The translations under genes and the position numbers were made by a program. Shown piece after piece: positions 13,187-27,194 of a stretch of 64,000 nt of DNA (the first letter of the stretch is position 1; each line of letters begins with the position of its first letter). The stretch comes from Azolla caroliniana (taxonomy: Eukaryota; Plantae; Polypodiophyta): NCBI GenBank assembly GCA_043228905.1, contig JBHGNT010000015.1, positions 8,370,001 through 8,434,000 on the forward strand, read 5' to 3'. The notes beneath the pieces are model-generated. The model ran no database searches. It was not told where the DNA came from and saw only the letters and a list, made by a program, of their open reading frames with translations.

Positions 13187-14851
13187 CTAGCAGCTATGCT
13201 CAGAACAGTTCATATGGATGTCATCTTCATGACTGGTGCGAATATTTGGTCGAAGTCAACACCCTTTTTCTGTTGAAAGCCCTTTGCCACTATGTGGGCT
13301 TTATACCTGGGCTCATTGTCGGCTTCTCTAGTTTTCACCTTGTAGACCCACTTATTCCTGAGTTCTCTCTTACCTTTCGGCAACGCTACTAGGTCGTAGG
13401 TGTAATTCTCGTGCAAGGAGTCCATCTCATCTTGCATCACGTTCAGCCATTTCTCCCTGTTCTTGTCGGTTATGGCTTCATCATAGCAGTCTGGTTCACC
13501 TTCATCAGTCAAGAGGATGTATTGACTAGCATATGTTGTCGGTGCTTTTCTTTCTCTGAGTGGGTATCTCCTTCCACTTGTTGTCGGCTCTCGTTCAAGT
13601 GTCTCTCTTGACTCTCCTCTTTTCTCGGGTTCATATATGTCATTCGACATCTCTTGGTTGGACGACTCCAACTCATATTCCTCGATCGACCTTAGCAATT
13701 CTGCCGACTGACACTCATAGTTGGTCGGTCTCTCCGAGTCGACCAACTCGGATTCGCCTGTGATAACTAGCTGTCTCCGAACAGCCGACGAAGTTGGTTC
13801 ACTTGACCTCAAGTTGATAGTAGTGGAGGTTGACTGGTTAGTTGATTCTGACTTGTGTCGCTTCCAGTCCTCTATTATCTTGTCTTCCAAGAAGACTACG
13901 TCCCGACTCCTCACTACTTTCTTGTCGACTAGGTCCCATAGCCTATAGCCGAACTCATCTTCAGAGTATCCCATGAATATGCATGCTTTCGACTTACTGT
14001 CGAGTTTTGCCCTTTGATCCTTCTATACATGCATATACGCCAAACATTCGAACACCCTCAGATACTAGTAGGAGACATCCTTTCCCGTCCACACCCACTA
14101 TGGGACATCACCCTTCAATGGCATTGAGGGAGACCTGTTCATCAGGTAAACAACTGTATACATCACCTCAACCCAATAGGGTTTCGGTAGTTTAGCATGA
14201 GAGAGCATGCTCCTCGCTCTCTCCATGATTGTTTGATTCATCCTCTCTACAAGCCCGTTCAACTCAAGGGTCTTCGACACTGTGTATTCGACTTGAATAC
14301 CTTGGGCCTGACAGTATTCCTCAAACTACCCTCTATATTTGCCACTGTTGTCAGTTTAGACAACCTTCAACTTCCGACCCGACTCTCGTTCGGCTCTTGC
14401 CTGGAACTCCTTGAAGAACGACAGTACTTGATCCTTCGACTTTAGTACGAAGGCCCATGTCTTCCGACTATAGTCATCAATAAACGTCACAAAGTACTGT
14501 CCACCTCGATGCGATGGAGCATCTACATAGCACACATCCGTGTGTACTACTAGTTCGAGTGGCACTTCTCTTCTTTTCGGTGGTCTTGCGTAGAATGTTG
14601 CTTTGTTCTACGTACCAACTAAATAGTCGACGCACTTCTTCAGGTGCACTCCCTTGACTTCTGGTAGGCGTTTCTGGTTGGCTAACAGATGCAGTCCCTT
14701 CTCGCTCATGTGGCCTAGCCTCTTATGCCATATCTCTCCTGCTGAGTCTGTTGCTACATTCACATCCAACTTGCACAGTGGGACATGCATCATATATAAT
14801 GTGCCTTCTTTCTGTGTTCGGGCTACTATGAGATTTCCTCGGCAGAACTTC

Positions 14852-17800
14852 TGTTACCGTACGAGATGTACATGTGATTGATAAGTGTGATAAGTGAGGG
14901 TGAACGATGTAATGCATTGATATGTATGTGAGTGTGAATGTAAGTGTAAGTGTGGTGGATACAATGAGGTGAGAGTGAGTGACTAGGTGTGAATGCCAAG
15001 GGGGCTTGCACCCTTGTGGATCTACCCCTTTGTACCTATTTAACCCCTTATGGGGAATGAATGAATACAACAATAACCATTTCTCTCTCAATCTCTCTCT
15101 TGTCATCTCTCTCTCCCTCTCTCTCTTCCCTCCCCTTAACGTTGAACCCCCTTGGGAGGGGGTTGGAGCCATTCTAGGCACCACCCCCCACCCCACAATG
15201 CTTCTCAATGCTTGTCATCTCTCTCACCATCGATCCCATAACGCTCATCATCCTTATTTAACACGCCATCTCCATCACCAATCATCATTACCATTAACCC
15301 TAACCCTAAAACATACAACACCTTTTGGCGACCACTAAGGTGACCCCTTTTGGAGACGGAGTGATACGCGGCGATTTGAGGCATAGTGACGATGATATGT
15401 GAGAGACGTGCAAGAAATGATGATGACATGCACAAAATGGCAACGATGATGTGGGAGAAGCAATGAAGATGTGCAAAAAATGGAATCGACGACGTTGTGC
15501 GAAAGGCAATGACGATGTGCGAAAGAAGTCGGAGATGGAAGATTAACTGCCACATAATTCTACAATGAATTAATCTCTATATGTGTATGTTTTATTTGGT
15601 CTGTTTATGTCATAAATGTCTGAGAAATGGTGCCAAAAATGTACGAGACACATTGTGAGTGTGCGAGAATGGCAACATATGTGCGAATTTGCGGTTAGCA
15701 ACGTGTGTGCAAGAAAGCATGGTGCGAGAGACAACCGGAAAGACGGAGACAAGTAACTAGAAAGACAGTCAGACGAACGACGGAGCAGGAATCGACACCG
15801 AAACTCCGAATAGAAGGGAGCCAGTGCTACCACGGCCGGAAAGAGACGCCTACCAGGAGACTGTGGAGGAAGATGCAGTGTGTGGAGCAGAGGCCAATAG
15901 GATGTGCTAGGAATGCACGGGACTGGAGTCGGAAGTGTTCACAGTGTCCAGAAGAAGCATTGCGGAGAGAGAACCAGAGTTGGTTAGCACCGAAGCGGCC
16001 GTAATGGCCGGACGGCAGCCGAAAAGCCCGCCGGAGTAGACGACCGAAACAACGACAATGATGCTGAAAAGCGACGGACGGAGAGACAACCGCCAGACAT
16101 CAACGACATAATGATAACCGGATGACGACTGAACAAAGCGGCCAAGTGACGGACCTCAGCCAAAACTGATGGCCGACTGCAGACTGGCCGGATAGGGCCG
16201 ACAAGGCCGGCGACTACGACAAATGGAGACGGTGATGACCGGACAGGGCCAAATAGACAGAGATGCCAGACAATGACGATAGACGACGACAATGGCGGGA
16301 CCAGACAGACACACACAACAACAGATGAAGTGATAGAGATGGAGACGGATGGAAACCGACAGAGACAATCACGGAGTCGGTGACACAAAATGACCAGACA
16401 AATACGGGAACGACGGCCAAACATTGGCCGAAGAGTGGAAAGAGCGACCAGAATGTTCGGAAACCGGCCGGAATAGCCGAACAATGGCCAAAGTGGCTAG
16501 ACAGGCTGGACAGAGAACCGCAAACGATGACCGGAATGGGCCGAATAGTCTGAACGGTGACGGAGCCGTGATGACAATCGGACGGCGGTGGCCACATACT
16601 AACGGCTAGAGTGGTGACCGACCAGTAGCGGCCCGGTCGGACAGACACAGTGACCGGATGGAGCGGTGGTCGTATAGTGGCAGCAGCACAGCGGCAGCCG
16701 CCGGATTGCGGCTAGATTGATTTCTGGAATGCGCAAAGACACATAGCAACCGTACAGTAGCAGAACCAACTACTAGAAAACGGGCCGGAATGGACCAGAC
16801 GACGACCGGAACAGGCCGCACTAAGACAGCTCGATGGCTAGAACAATTACACCGAAACAGACCGGAAGACAATGGATAGACATTCCGACAAGCGGTCGAA
16901 AGGCACAAAAGCAGCCAAAGTGGCCGAACGGTATCGGAATCGAGGCAGGCGGACCGGACAGGCCAGACAAAAGCACGAGGTCGGACAGTGGCCAAGACAG
17001 AGAGGGAAAGGGCCGGACACCTCAGAAAGCCGAGGCCAAACCAGGGGTCGAACAGCGGACGAGACACAAGATGACCACGACAGAAGGACAATGATAGACA
17101 ATGACAACGGGAAGTGGCTGCCAGACAGCCGGCCTGAATGAACGAGACGAGAAACGACGTCGAAGCGACGACACAGAGGCCTGACAACGCATAGGCGGCC
17201 AAATGAAGTGGCGGTGCCCGGACGGGCCAAATAGAGATGGCAATGGTGACGGCCGACAGTGATGGACGACAACGAAAGACGAACGATGATGATGACTGCT
17301 GGACAAGGCAAAGAGATAAAGATGGAGACGACAACGAAGCTGGGGACAAAAATGATTGAAATGGACAGGCAACAGAAACAAATGACGGCCAGAGCGAATG
17401 ATGGAAACGACCGGAATGATGGACGGCGACAGATCGTCGACCAGAGGGAAGACGGCCGGACAAACGACCAAAAACAGCCGAGAAGAACGGACTAGCCGGA
17501 CATCAGCACCGGAGCGGCCGGATGAAGCGGCAGCAGGCAGAAGGACCGGACAGAGACGGACAACCAGAACCGGCCAACGGAAACGACGACGATAGCAGTA
17601 GAGGGAGATGACATGCAAGCAAAGGGAGAGTGAAGGTTGCGTTTCCTCCCTACCCCAAAACGCCAAACAGAACAAGGAAGAAGTGGAAGAAACAAAGATA
17701 GAAGAAGAAAGAGAGAGGAGGAAACGAAAGACAGGAAGAGGAGAAGAAGCAACGGTTAACACCAAGAAGGAGGAAGAAGATGCAGACAACAAATGAGAGG

Positions 17801-18839
17801 GAAAAAGAGAAGAGAGGGGCATGCGAAGAAATTTTAAAATGTTGAGAGTAGCAGCCTAAAATTTCAGAAACGTGGGGGTACTGAATGAAATTTTCAAAAC
17901 TCGAGGGTGTATAATAAAAAAATTTAAAATCAAAGGGCACCTACGAAAATTTGAAAACTCATCAACCTAAAAGAAATGGACGTGATCGACACACAACTCA
18001 CAAAATCAACAAAAGGAACACACATACATAGAACATTTTTTTGACGACCCAAATGATGTTACCGAAGTTCGTGAACCGACAGAACGGGAATGTTCGTGTC
18101 GATGAAGATTCGTTGACCGATGGAGATGTTCGAGTCGAGCGCTCCGATCAAGGGAGTCGATCGTTGATGTTACCAAAGTTCGTAAGTTGATAGAACGAGA
18201 ATGTTCGTGTCGCAGAAGAGTCGCTGACCAACGGCGATGTTCGAGTCAAGCACTTCGATCGAGGGAGTCGATCGTTGAGACAACCGATGGAAGTTCCGGT
18301 CGAAGAAAGATTATGATCAAGGCATGTGGGATTGACGTGTAAGGCACTCTCCCACGGGCGTGCCATATTGTGTTACCGTACGAGACGTACATGTGATTGA
18401 TAAATGTGATAAGTGAGGGTGAACGATGTAATGCGTTGATATGTATGTGAGTGTGAATGTAAGTGTGAGTGTGGTGGATACAAAGAGGTGTGAGTGAGTG
18501 ACTATGTGTGAATGCCAAGGGGGCTTGCACCCTTGTGGATCTACCCCTTTGTACCTATTTAACCCCTTATGGGGAATGAATGAATACAATAATAACCATT
18601 TCTCTCTCAATCTCTCTCTTGTCATCTCTCTCTCCCTCTCTCTCTTCCCTCCCCTTAACATTGAACCCCCTTGGGAGGGGGGTGGAGCCATTCTAGACAC
18701 CACCCCCCACCCCACAATGCTTCTCAATGCTTGTCATCTCTCTCACCATCGATCCCATAACGCTCATCATCCTCATTAAACACACCATCTCCATCACCAA
18801 TCATCATTACCATTAACCCTAACCCTAAAACATACAACA
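14852..18839 (+). mobile_element. Structurally intact non-autonomous LTR retroelement (LARD-like, ~4 kb): LTRs 14852-15320 and 18371-18839, tRNA-Arg PBS ~15326-15335
   Basis: Two 469-bp TGTT...AACA direct repeats; perfect 5-bp TSD ACTTC; PBS TGGCGACCAC; purine-rich interior with no recognisable gag/pol motif. Confidence 0.92.
18054..18278 (+). repeat. 111-bp tandem duplication in the non-autonomous element interior
   Basis: TGATGTTACC...GGGAGTCGATCGTT starts at 18054 and again at 18165; single copy in the sister element at ~12520-12630. Confidence 0.75.
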
Positions 18840-20132
18840 ACTTCTACTTGCCATTCTAAAAGCTACCATTGTAGCCTTCGTCATCCATCCTTCTAGTCGA
18901 TATCAAATTCAATTTGATATTGGGGATGTGTTGAACATCCTTCAGAGTTAGCCAACACCCTGTCGACATTGTCAAGTAGACACTTCCGATTCCGGCTATT
19001 TTGCAATCTCCACTGTCACCCATCTTTACATAGCCATGATCCCCGGCTATGTAAGTCGAGAAATACTCTCTCGACGGAGTCATGTGGAAAGATGCCCTAG
19101 AGTCGATCACCCAAGTGCATTCTTCTCTTGCCAGGTTTGCACTTGTCTATTTGCAAAAGTTCTTCATTGCTCATAGCAATGGCCGAAGTGTCCTTCTCAT
19201 TAGGAATCTTCCTGGGTTCAACATTGTTTCCAACACCCTTGTCTGTTCTCATGTGTCGACAATCCTTCTATAAGTGTCCAGGTTTTGCACAATAAAAGCA
19301 CACGAGCTTACCTTTGGACTTCGATCTGGCTTGGGACGTTCCCCTTCGTTCTAGGCTTCTTCGCTGGTTCCTTCCTCTGCCAATATGTTGGGTCACGTTC
19401 GACTCCGACTAGGACAAGACTCCCTTCTCCTTCCTCCTTGCTTCCTCATTAAGGATGCATGTCTTCACCGCTTGTAAAGACAGGTTCTCTTCTTGACAGG
19501 AGGTGCTGAGAGTAACCACCAGGTTCTCCCAATTATCCAGTAGTGTGCACATCAGTAGAATGGCCTGCATCACATCATCAAGGGGAAACTTGGTTGCAGC
19601 AAGTTGATTCACATACCCCATGAAAGTGTTGATATGTTCAACGATGCTCTCACCGTCTCTGTATTTCAACCACACGATCTTTCTCATCAATGAGGTTTTA
19701 TTGAGGGCATTCTTCCTCTCATACAGACCTGCCAACTTGTGTTTACAATGTAGGAGATTACAACACTCTCCTATCGAGTGTATAAGCCACATAGGGCTCT
19801 TGCGTTTGTTGTTCCACACACAACTATGGCGTGACACACTCTCTCTCTTTTCTCAACTCTTCTCTTACTCACACACTCACTACAACCTACACCCTGCACA
19901 CCCTGTGCGAAGAACACACAATACATTTGCCCTAGGCGTATTTATACTAATACATCATATAGGCTATTTACAAGTGTAGCCCCTACTACACATCGCTATT
20001 ATTATTATAACTATAATAATAATAGTCAACAGTTAATCAGTCGACTCCCTATTTGTTTGTCAACTCTTTGACTGTCGGCCCTCCTCGGCCCGAACAGTCG
20101 GCTCCTCCCACGAGAGGGACATATTCCCAATA

Positions 20133-21200
20133 GAATCTACATGTCACACTTTGATATAATGCTCTCCAGTTTGATGACATTCAACTATGCTTTCAAGACT
20201 TCTTCTTGAACATCAAGAGTGCCTCCTCACTTTCACATGTATTACGTGAACATGTCATATTTTTTGTGTGGTAGTTCATATTTGACATACAAAGACATGC
20301 TCACCCAAACACAAATCTTTGACTTTCTCTAATAACACACCATAGGCATTAATATTAAGTGTTTCAAGCTTTAGATTGTTTGACAAAGCATAGTTGGATT
20401 ATAGAGATACGTATGAGAGTACAATTTCTTTTATCAATGGATGTTTCATTGAGTTAGTCATCCACATTAAGTGACTTCAGTTTTGTATTGATCATGTTTT
20501 AATTACCAATCCTCTGAGAGTATAGGTTGAGACTACAATTAAATTTTTCTTCATAGACTAGTTGTTGAGAGACAAGCTCAACATTTGTGCGTAATACGAT
20601 GCGTAACCAGTGCGTAGACTGGGTGCATAAAACCGGTACGCAGACCGGTGCGTAGAAAGGCCGTATCGGTGCGTAGACCGAAAGGCCGTTAGAAAGATAT
20701 TCCTCGTAAGGAATAGTTTTGGGAGTAAGTGTCGAGGCTCATTTATGAGCAGTCAAGTATTGTTAGTACTTGTGTCAGCCATTGTCAGGGCTTGTATAAA
20801 AGTGCTCACTGAGCACATCCTATGTACAGATTGAGTATTATTTTCGAATTTAAGTCCTTGTGTTACTCTCTCTCTGTCTGTCCTGTGCGTACTGTGAAAA
20901 CCTAAGCTTTCCATTAAACTTGCGTTTTCTGTTGTTCGGTTTTCCTATATTGCTTTCGCACGCCATTCTTTTCACTAGTTAATTTGTCAATGTGTTTGAG
21001 AGTGATTACCACTCTCTCACGCTTGAATCACCGTCCACAGGGTGTTACTCCATCAAAACCTTGATAACATTGAGTTGATGAGTTTGCCCACTTCACATCA
21101 TTAATTAAGTAGATGGAAACCCGTACCTTTAAGAATCAATTGACCAAAAACATGACAATCAAATGACTTAATCTTTTACAACCAGCTCTTGAAATAAATA
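20133..21200 (-). pseudogene. Old, heavily decayed copia integrase relic
   Basis: Residual VFG-x-ACF-like and integrase-like codons on the minus strand; AT-rich decay. Confidence 0.45.
20563..20974 (+). mobile_element. Solo LTR (412 bp) of the copia E family
   Basis: TGTTG...TTCA flanked by perfect TSD CTAGT; 5' half matches 63137-63326, 3' end resembles 26879-26995. Confidence 0.88.
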
Positions 21201-22096
21201 GGGGGTAAGCATTTGTTCTCATATGAGCGTCACTTAGTAACATGTTATTTTAGGATTTGGATTTTACATATGTTTTATGGGAATGAATATTATGGTGTTT
21301 GCGGATAAGACGTAAACGATAATTTCTTCGTGCCTCAGTCATGATGTGATTAATCAACCTTTTAAATAAGTTTTAGTTAATCATTAATTTCTTGCGCTTA
21401 CTTCATGCCACCATATTCAACCATTGGTATCATATAGTAATGATTCACATAAAGCAAAATCCATGAATATTACCGAAGGTCAAGGTTTTATAAAAATCTA
21501 GTAGAAAAGTATGTACAAAAAGCTTGGCTAAAGCTATATAAAATATTATAAACAAACACTATTCCCCAAACAAGTCTACAAATGTTTGTACAAAAGACTT
21601 GGCTAGAAGCTTTATTGAAATTGGTAAAATAAAAGTAGAATACCAAAACCACAAACAAGAAGTCTAAGGGAAGACCATCCCACACACCAATATACATAGA
21701 TATAACACACATACATCACTCCTTCCTAACTAATGGGAAAGTAGCTTCATTTTGGAAAAAAAAAAAAAAACACACATACATCACTATATATTTCTATAAA
21801 TTTTCAGTCTTCAAAGAATATATAATATATCAACTAGCGCAAGCAATGTAGGCCATGGGAGAATTATGATGACGATAGAGGTGGTGACTTTGTCGATGTG
21901 AGAATCCATTTTGTGGACATATTTCATCCAACAATTGGTTAATGTACTTTTGACATAGTTTCCATTCCTCATGGCTCACATTTGGTGGTGATATCCAATT
22001 GTTCTTACTAGGCTCATAATATATGATTTCCTGTTCACATAATGAAATACAAAATTTCATCAGTTATTGAACAATATGATCATGAACTCTCTCTCT

Positions 22097-22151
<55 letters not shown>

Positions 22152-23733
22152 TTTAATGCCCAAAGCAAATTAGCCATTCATATTAAACCTTCAATAGATC
22201 CCCTTTGAAGGGTTTTGGGTTGATTAGATAATGACCAAATCCAAAGAGTGATGACACGACATGGTGGACCATATCTTTGAGAGCAATCATAATATCCAAC
22301 AAGGTTGATCTGTTCACAATATGTGGTGTCTTATACAATAGTTTATGTGAATCCACATCAACATGCCAAGTTCACTCATGATCTTATATCCCACCCCGCA
22401 AACAAGTTAAAAGTATACTACATTCCATTTGACGCGTAGACCTCACTTTATCCGGAAGTGTGCTTTTTTGAATTTGTGCTAATTGTTATGACATGGGAGT
22501 GCAGTGCAGGAGAAAGAGACCTGTCAATTATATGACCCCGGGGAAAGTCGTATTTTTAAGAATGGTACATAGAGACAGGCTACACGCAACTACAGAACTC
22601 ATCAGGTTTTTCCTCATTGGGATATTTATGCGTTATTCTATCTGACGTTTTATGTAGTTGTAAGTAGTAGCAGTGGTTGTGGTGGTGGTGGTGGTTATGA
22701 GGTTATGTAGTTGTGATGGTAGTAGTAGTTGTAAGATGGGCTCTTCTGGAAATTCCTCTAATAAATTGCTGGCTTCAGTGCAGTGGATGGAGAAGACAGA
22801 GATGTTTGTATTTCTGCCAGGAAATTCAAATTATAACCAATGGTAGAAGGGTAGGATCATTCTAAACTAAAGAATTGGGCAGGGGAGAATCTGCTCCTTT
22901 AGGACCTTTACTACCTACCTACCCCTATACTATACTATATTGAAGACAGAGAGAGAGGGATGGACTTTGGCATTGAAACGCTTCCCCGATGCCGTTCATC
23001 CATCTCCTCCTCTCTGCTTTCCATCGCCTAATTTAATTCTAACTAAAGGCGTCATTCATCACCCGTTGTTTCATTTCATCTGTCAGACAGTCCAAAATCT
23101 ATAAAACAACGCATCAATCACCTCCAAAACACTCGGCTTCACAGCGACTCTGTCCCCCCCCCCCCCCCCCCCCCTTGTCGAGGAATAAAGATTCCTTGTT
23201 CTCTTACAAGCACTGGACCAAAGTATAATAGGTTTGATGGAAATTCGTCCCAGTCCCAGGAAAAACCCATCCCATTCCATCCAAACGCTAACTACACTTC
23301 CCTATTTCTTTCTTTCCTCATAAACTATAAATTATATTATAATAACACGAAGTGGTGCTTGGGTGAGAATTTAAATAAATAAAAATATCTACGGACAGTT
23401 TGAAGAGAAGGAAGCATACGTTAAAATTTGGCTAGCTTTGATTAGAGGAGCACTGGTCTTGGTATGTTTGAAGTATAAGAAAGAATATATAAATATAAAT
23501 AAATATATTCTGGATAGATCTATTACATCGTTTGTGAGCGTTTAGGTAGACCGGGTTTGTAAGGTTGCGGGAGCAGATGCATCATGGGACCTTACGACCC
23601 TTCTTCTAAATAGTTATTTTTATGTGCTGGACCCAAAGTTTTATTAATTTACCAGAACCATTAACGGAACATTGTTCTTGATAGACTTACATTCCATTAT
23701 GTATAGAGGAGAGATAAGATGAGTCATGTTTAC

Positions 23734-24600
23734 CTGATCAGCTAGGTTAGATGCGGCGTTGGCGTTGGCGTTAGCACTATAGCCTTTGTACTTGCCATTA
23801 ATGGGTGGCTCAGCAGGCGGAGGAGGTGGTGATGCTTGGCTGCTATAACCCGCCCCTCCGGCGGCGGCCCCATATGTGGTAGTGCCGGCGCTGTCTGCAC
23901 CTCCTCCTCCGCCATACCCAACACTTTCGGTAGGTGGTGGAGGAGGAGGATAGAGGGTATGGGGAGGGAGAGGTTTCTTCTTCTTCTTCATCAAAAAGCA
24001 AAAGAGCAACGCGAGGAGAAAGGCCACTCCCAATGCACCACACACACTACCGATTATTATTTTTTTGTGATGATGATCGTTTGGTGGTGATGGTGGTGTT
24101 TGGGAGAAGGGAGATGGACCTGGGCTCTGTGGTGGTGGTGTTTGTGTAATGACTGGTGATGGGCCTGGGCCTGGGGTTGGACCACTGGGTGGTGCTGCTG
24201 AGGTTGAGGTTGGGCTTGGGCCTGGGCCTGGGGTTGGACCACTGGGTGGTGCTGCTGAGGTTGAGGTTGGGCTTGGGCCTGGGCCTGGGGTTGGACCACT
24301 GGGTGGTGCTGCTGAGTTTGAGGTTGGGCTTGGGCCTGGCCCTGGGGTTGGACCACTGGGTGGTGCTGCTGTGTTTGAGGTTGGGCTTGGGCCTGGCCCT
24401 GGGGTTGGACCACTGGGTGGTGCTGCTGAGGTTGAGGTTGGGCTTGGGCCTGGACTTGGAGAATGAGGAGGATGTTTGGGAGGCCAATGAGGAGGGGTAG
24501 ATGACCATGATGATGGTGGGGATGAGGAGGGTGGCGTAGGAGTGTAATGTGATGGTGGAGAACTCTCATGATACCATTTTAGCTCCCTTAATCTCCCCAT
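23734..24600 (-). CDS. First coding exon of a proline-rich single-pass membrane protein (PERK/AGP/extensin-like ectodomain, TM helix, Pro-rich cytoplasmic tail)
   Basis: ATG 24600; Ser/Pro/Thr-rich repeats; hydrophobic IIIGSVCGALGVAFLLALLFCFLM followed by KKKKK stop-transfer; splice donor CAG|GTAAAC at 23734/23733. Downstream exon(s) uncertain. Confidence 0.75.
24161..24454 (-). repeat. 57-bp coding tandem repeat, 5 copies (GPGPSPTSTSAAPPSGPTP)
   Basis: Near-identical 57-bp units visible directly, in frame. Confidence 0.92.
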
Positions 24601-25255
24601 TCTTCTCTGCCTCAAATGCCTTTTCCTTCTCTCTCACTTAAGCTAAACCAATACGAGGAGGATTGGATGCTGGGCGTGATCTCTCATTTCCCTACACTCT
24701 TTCTTATATAGACAACAGACAAGACAGGGGGGGGGAGGGGCCTGACCGAGTCTGCTTGACATTTGATTTTCTTGATTGCCTTTCTGAAGAGAAACTGAGA
24801 TCCCAAGTGGGAATGAATTATATATTTCTAGTTGTCTATCTAATTATCCGTTTGGTTTGCAACACCTTTGCATTTTCCATGCCAACAACGTGCCTCCTGC
24901 CTCGCAATTATATATATATATATATAAATTTATATATGTATGAAGCGTCCCCACACGAACGATATTGTGACCTAGTTATATGTAGATCATAGGTAAGTTA
25001 CAGGGGTTGGGATTTTGTTATCCTCTTTACATTATAGAAGGGAAGGGGAAGTTGGTCAATCTTGGGTGTTTACATGCATGCAATGCAGCGAGCGCATTTA
25101 AGGCCCTTGATGAAAAGGCACGCCACGCAAGTAATGGCACGTCATTTTCGGTTCACAATGGCATGATGATGCATTTTAAGGTGGACTACCACTCCAGCTC
25201 CTCGTGTTGTTTGCAATTGGGAAATGAGGAGAGGAGAGGAGGTGGTGGTCCTCCT

Positions 25256-25299
<44 letters not shown>

Positions 25300-25370
25300 G
25301 CGGTGGATAACTATGATTCCATACATAGTCAGAAGTGCCAATGATTGCTTACTTCCACAGTAACAGCGTC

Positions 25371-25417
25371 ACTCATTCATTCATTCATTCATTCATTCAT
25401 TCATTCATTCATTCATT
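25371..25417. repeat. (TTCA)n microsatellite; (GA)n at 25261-25296 nearby
   Basis: Direct reading. Confidence 0.9.
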
Positions 25418-26298
25418 CTCACAGCGCCTTAAGGACCTTGATTGAGTATGGATGGAATCCCCTTGGGATGGGAATGGGGCGGAAGAATAAAAGTCCTTGA
25501 CTTCAAAAGAGGTGGTGGCCCCCCAATTGGGCTCAATGAGTCCAAAACTTTGGCTGTTGTGACGGGAATCTATTAAATAATTTTGTTGAGACTATAACTC
25601 AGTTCAAAATACAGGAAATTGCGTGCGTACTATTCTCCAAATTTCTTAAATCGTGTTTTTGACTTATCTCATAGCTCAAAACACATGGAGACGACCATCA
25701 TTAACCAGGCTCACAATTCAAAGCATTCACGGAATTCATTCTATATGACGTGTGTATATAGCTTCTTTTGAAAAAGGAAAATTGCCTGATCTCTGTGGAT
25801 TATCATATATATAGAATATAGAATATAATATATATATAAATATAAAGTATATATCTATGTAATATATGTATATGCAGCGTCAACGTTTTTCTAAGCTTAT
25901 AGTATATATATATATATTTATATCCACGGAATCTGTCATTATCTAGCATACTTGCTACTTAAATATGAGCATATTATTGTATTTCTGTCTAAATTATGTT
26001 CCCCACCTTCATTCAACATCATAATTTTATAATAATCACGAGCTCAATTATGAAGGATGACCATTTTTGTGTTGGAAAAAACTTACGAGAAGCCCATGTA
26101 ATCATCTAGAGAGGACTAAACGCAAATGTATTATTGAATTTTATTATATTGTGAAATGCACCTAAGAGATCAAAACCAACCTAGTTAGCTTCTTACTTCT
26201 TACTCAATTTATAAAGGTACCCATTTGAGGTGGCTTAGGTAAAAAGGGTATGCTAAAAGGGTGGGTCGGCTTAGGTACATGCATCCTAAAAAGGGTGT

Positions 26299-26878
26299 GC
26301 GAGGGTTGAGACTCCTTTGTAGCCGATAGACGCTTTTGAAAACAAACCCTAACACCCGGTGAAGAACAGTAGAGAACCGAAATGGACAGAGGTATGACAA
26401 GTTCTCTTCCCACAAAAAGCGCGACCGGAGCAACTATGTATCCTGGTCATATAAAATGCACCAATACCTGTTGGGGCATGGATATTGGAGCTATGTGGAA
26501 CGAACTAATGAGGTAGCACCAGAGCCGGCACACAAATATTTCCCGGCATGGGAGCAAGGAGCGAGCCGAGTATTGTACTGCATCGCGTCCAGTGTGCACG
26601 ATCAAATGCTCGGTTACATCAAGGATGCAAAAATGCCAAAGGAGGCAAGTACCGCAACCCGTAAGGTGTAGCTCCGACAAGAGCTGAACAACATCTGGCA
26701 GAGAGATATGTCGGTTACGGACTACACCACCAAGGTCAAGGAGATCTACGATGTACTCGGATCCATCAACGTAACGGTGGAAGAAGACGAGATGGTCCAG
26801 ATCTGTCTTGGTGGTCTAGCACAACGGTACGGGCCAATCTAGACGGCAATTTGCACCTGAAAGAAGCCACCGTCCTTC
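26299..26878 (+). pseudogene. copia leader and gag fragment D (same family as E)
   Basis: MDRG...NYVSWSYKMHQYLLGHGYWSYVE; leader GCGAGGGTTGAGACTCC is identical to the one following the PBS at 27008. Confidence 0.75.
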
Positions 26879-27194
26879 TCTCCCTATCTCTCCCTCTCTT
26901 TCTTTGTGGTTTCTGTGTTCTACCGAACTATCGTACTACCGAACCGTGTACTTTGTGTTCTTACGCATACGCTTCCGCACACATATTCTTTTACATGGTA
27001 ATAGAGCGCGAGGGTTGAGACTCCTCTGTACCTGACAGAAAAGCTTCTGATAAGATAAAGTTAAGTTGTTGTTTTCGAAAAGGATAAGACAACAATATGG
27101 ACAGTTGGTCATGGTTATTGGAGTTATGTTGATGGAGCTAATGATGCAGCACCCGAATCGACACACAGAGATTTTTCGGCTTGAGAACAAGCGG

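Larger units (their letters stand above)
13187..20132 (-). mobile_element. Ty1/copia element C, decayed, split by the insertion at 14852-18839; partial 5' LTR ~19745-20132 fused directly to gag
   Basis: gag (19409-19740), PR VIDSRAS (~19100), IN fragments (14100-14790), RT start YKAHIVAKGF (~13300); PBS and gag N-terminus deleted. Confidence 0.85.

Noticed and set aside
21830-22060. 76-aa minus-strand ORF in the gene island
   Set aside because: No recognisable motif or splice context; could be a relic but unsupported.
24047-24569. Gln/His-rich and Leu-Gly ORFs
   Set aside because: Alternative frames of the 57-bp proline-rich coding repeat.
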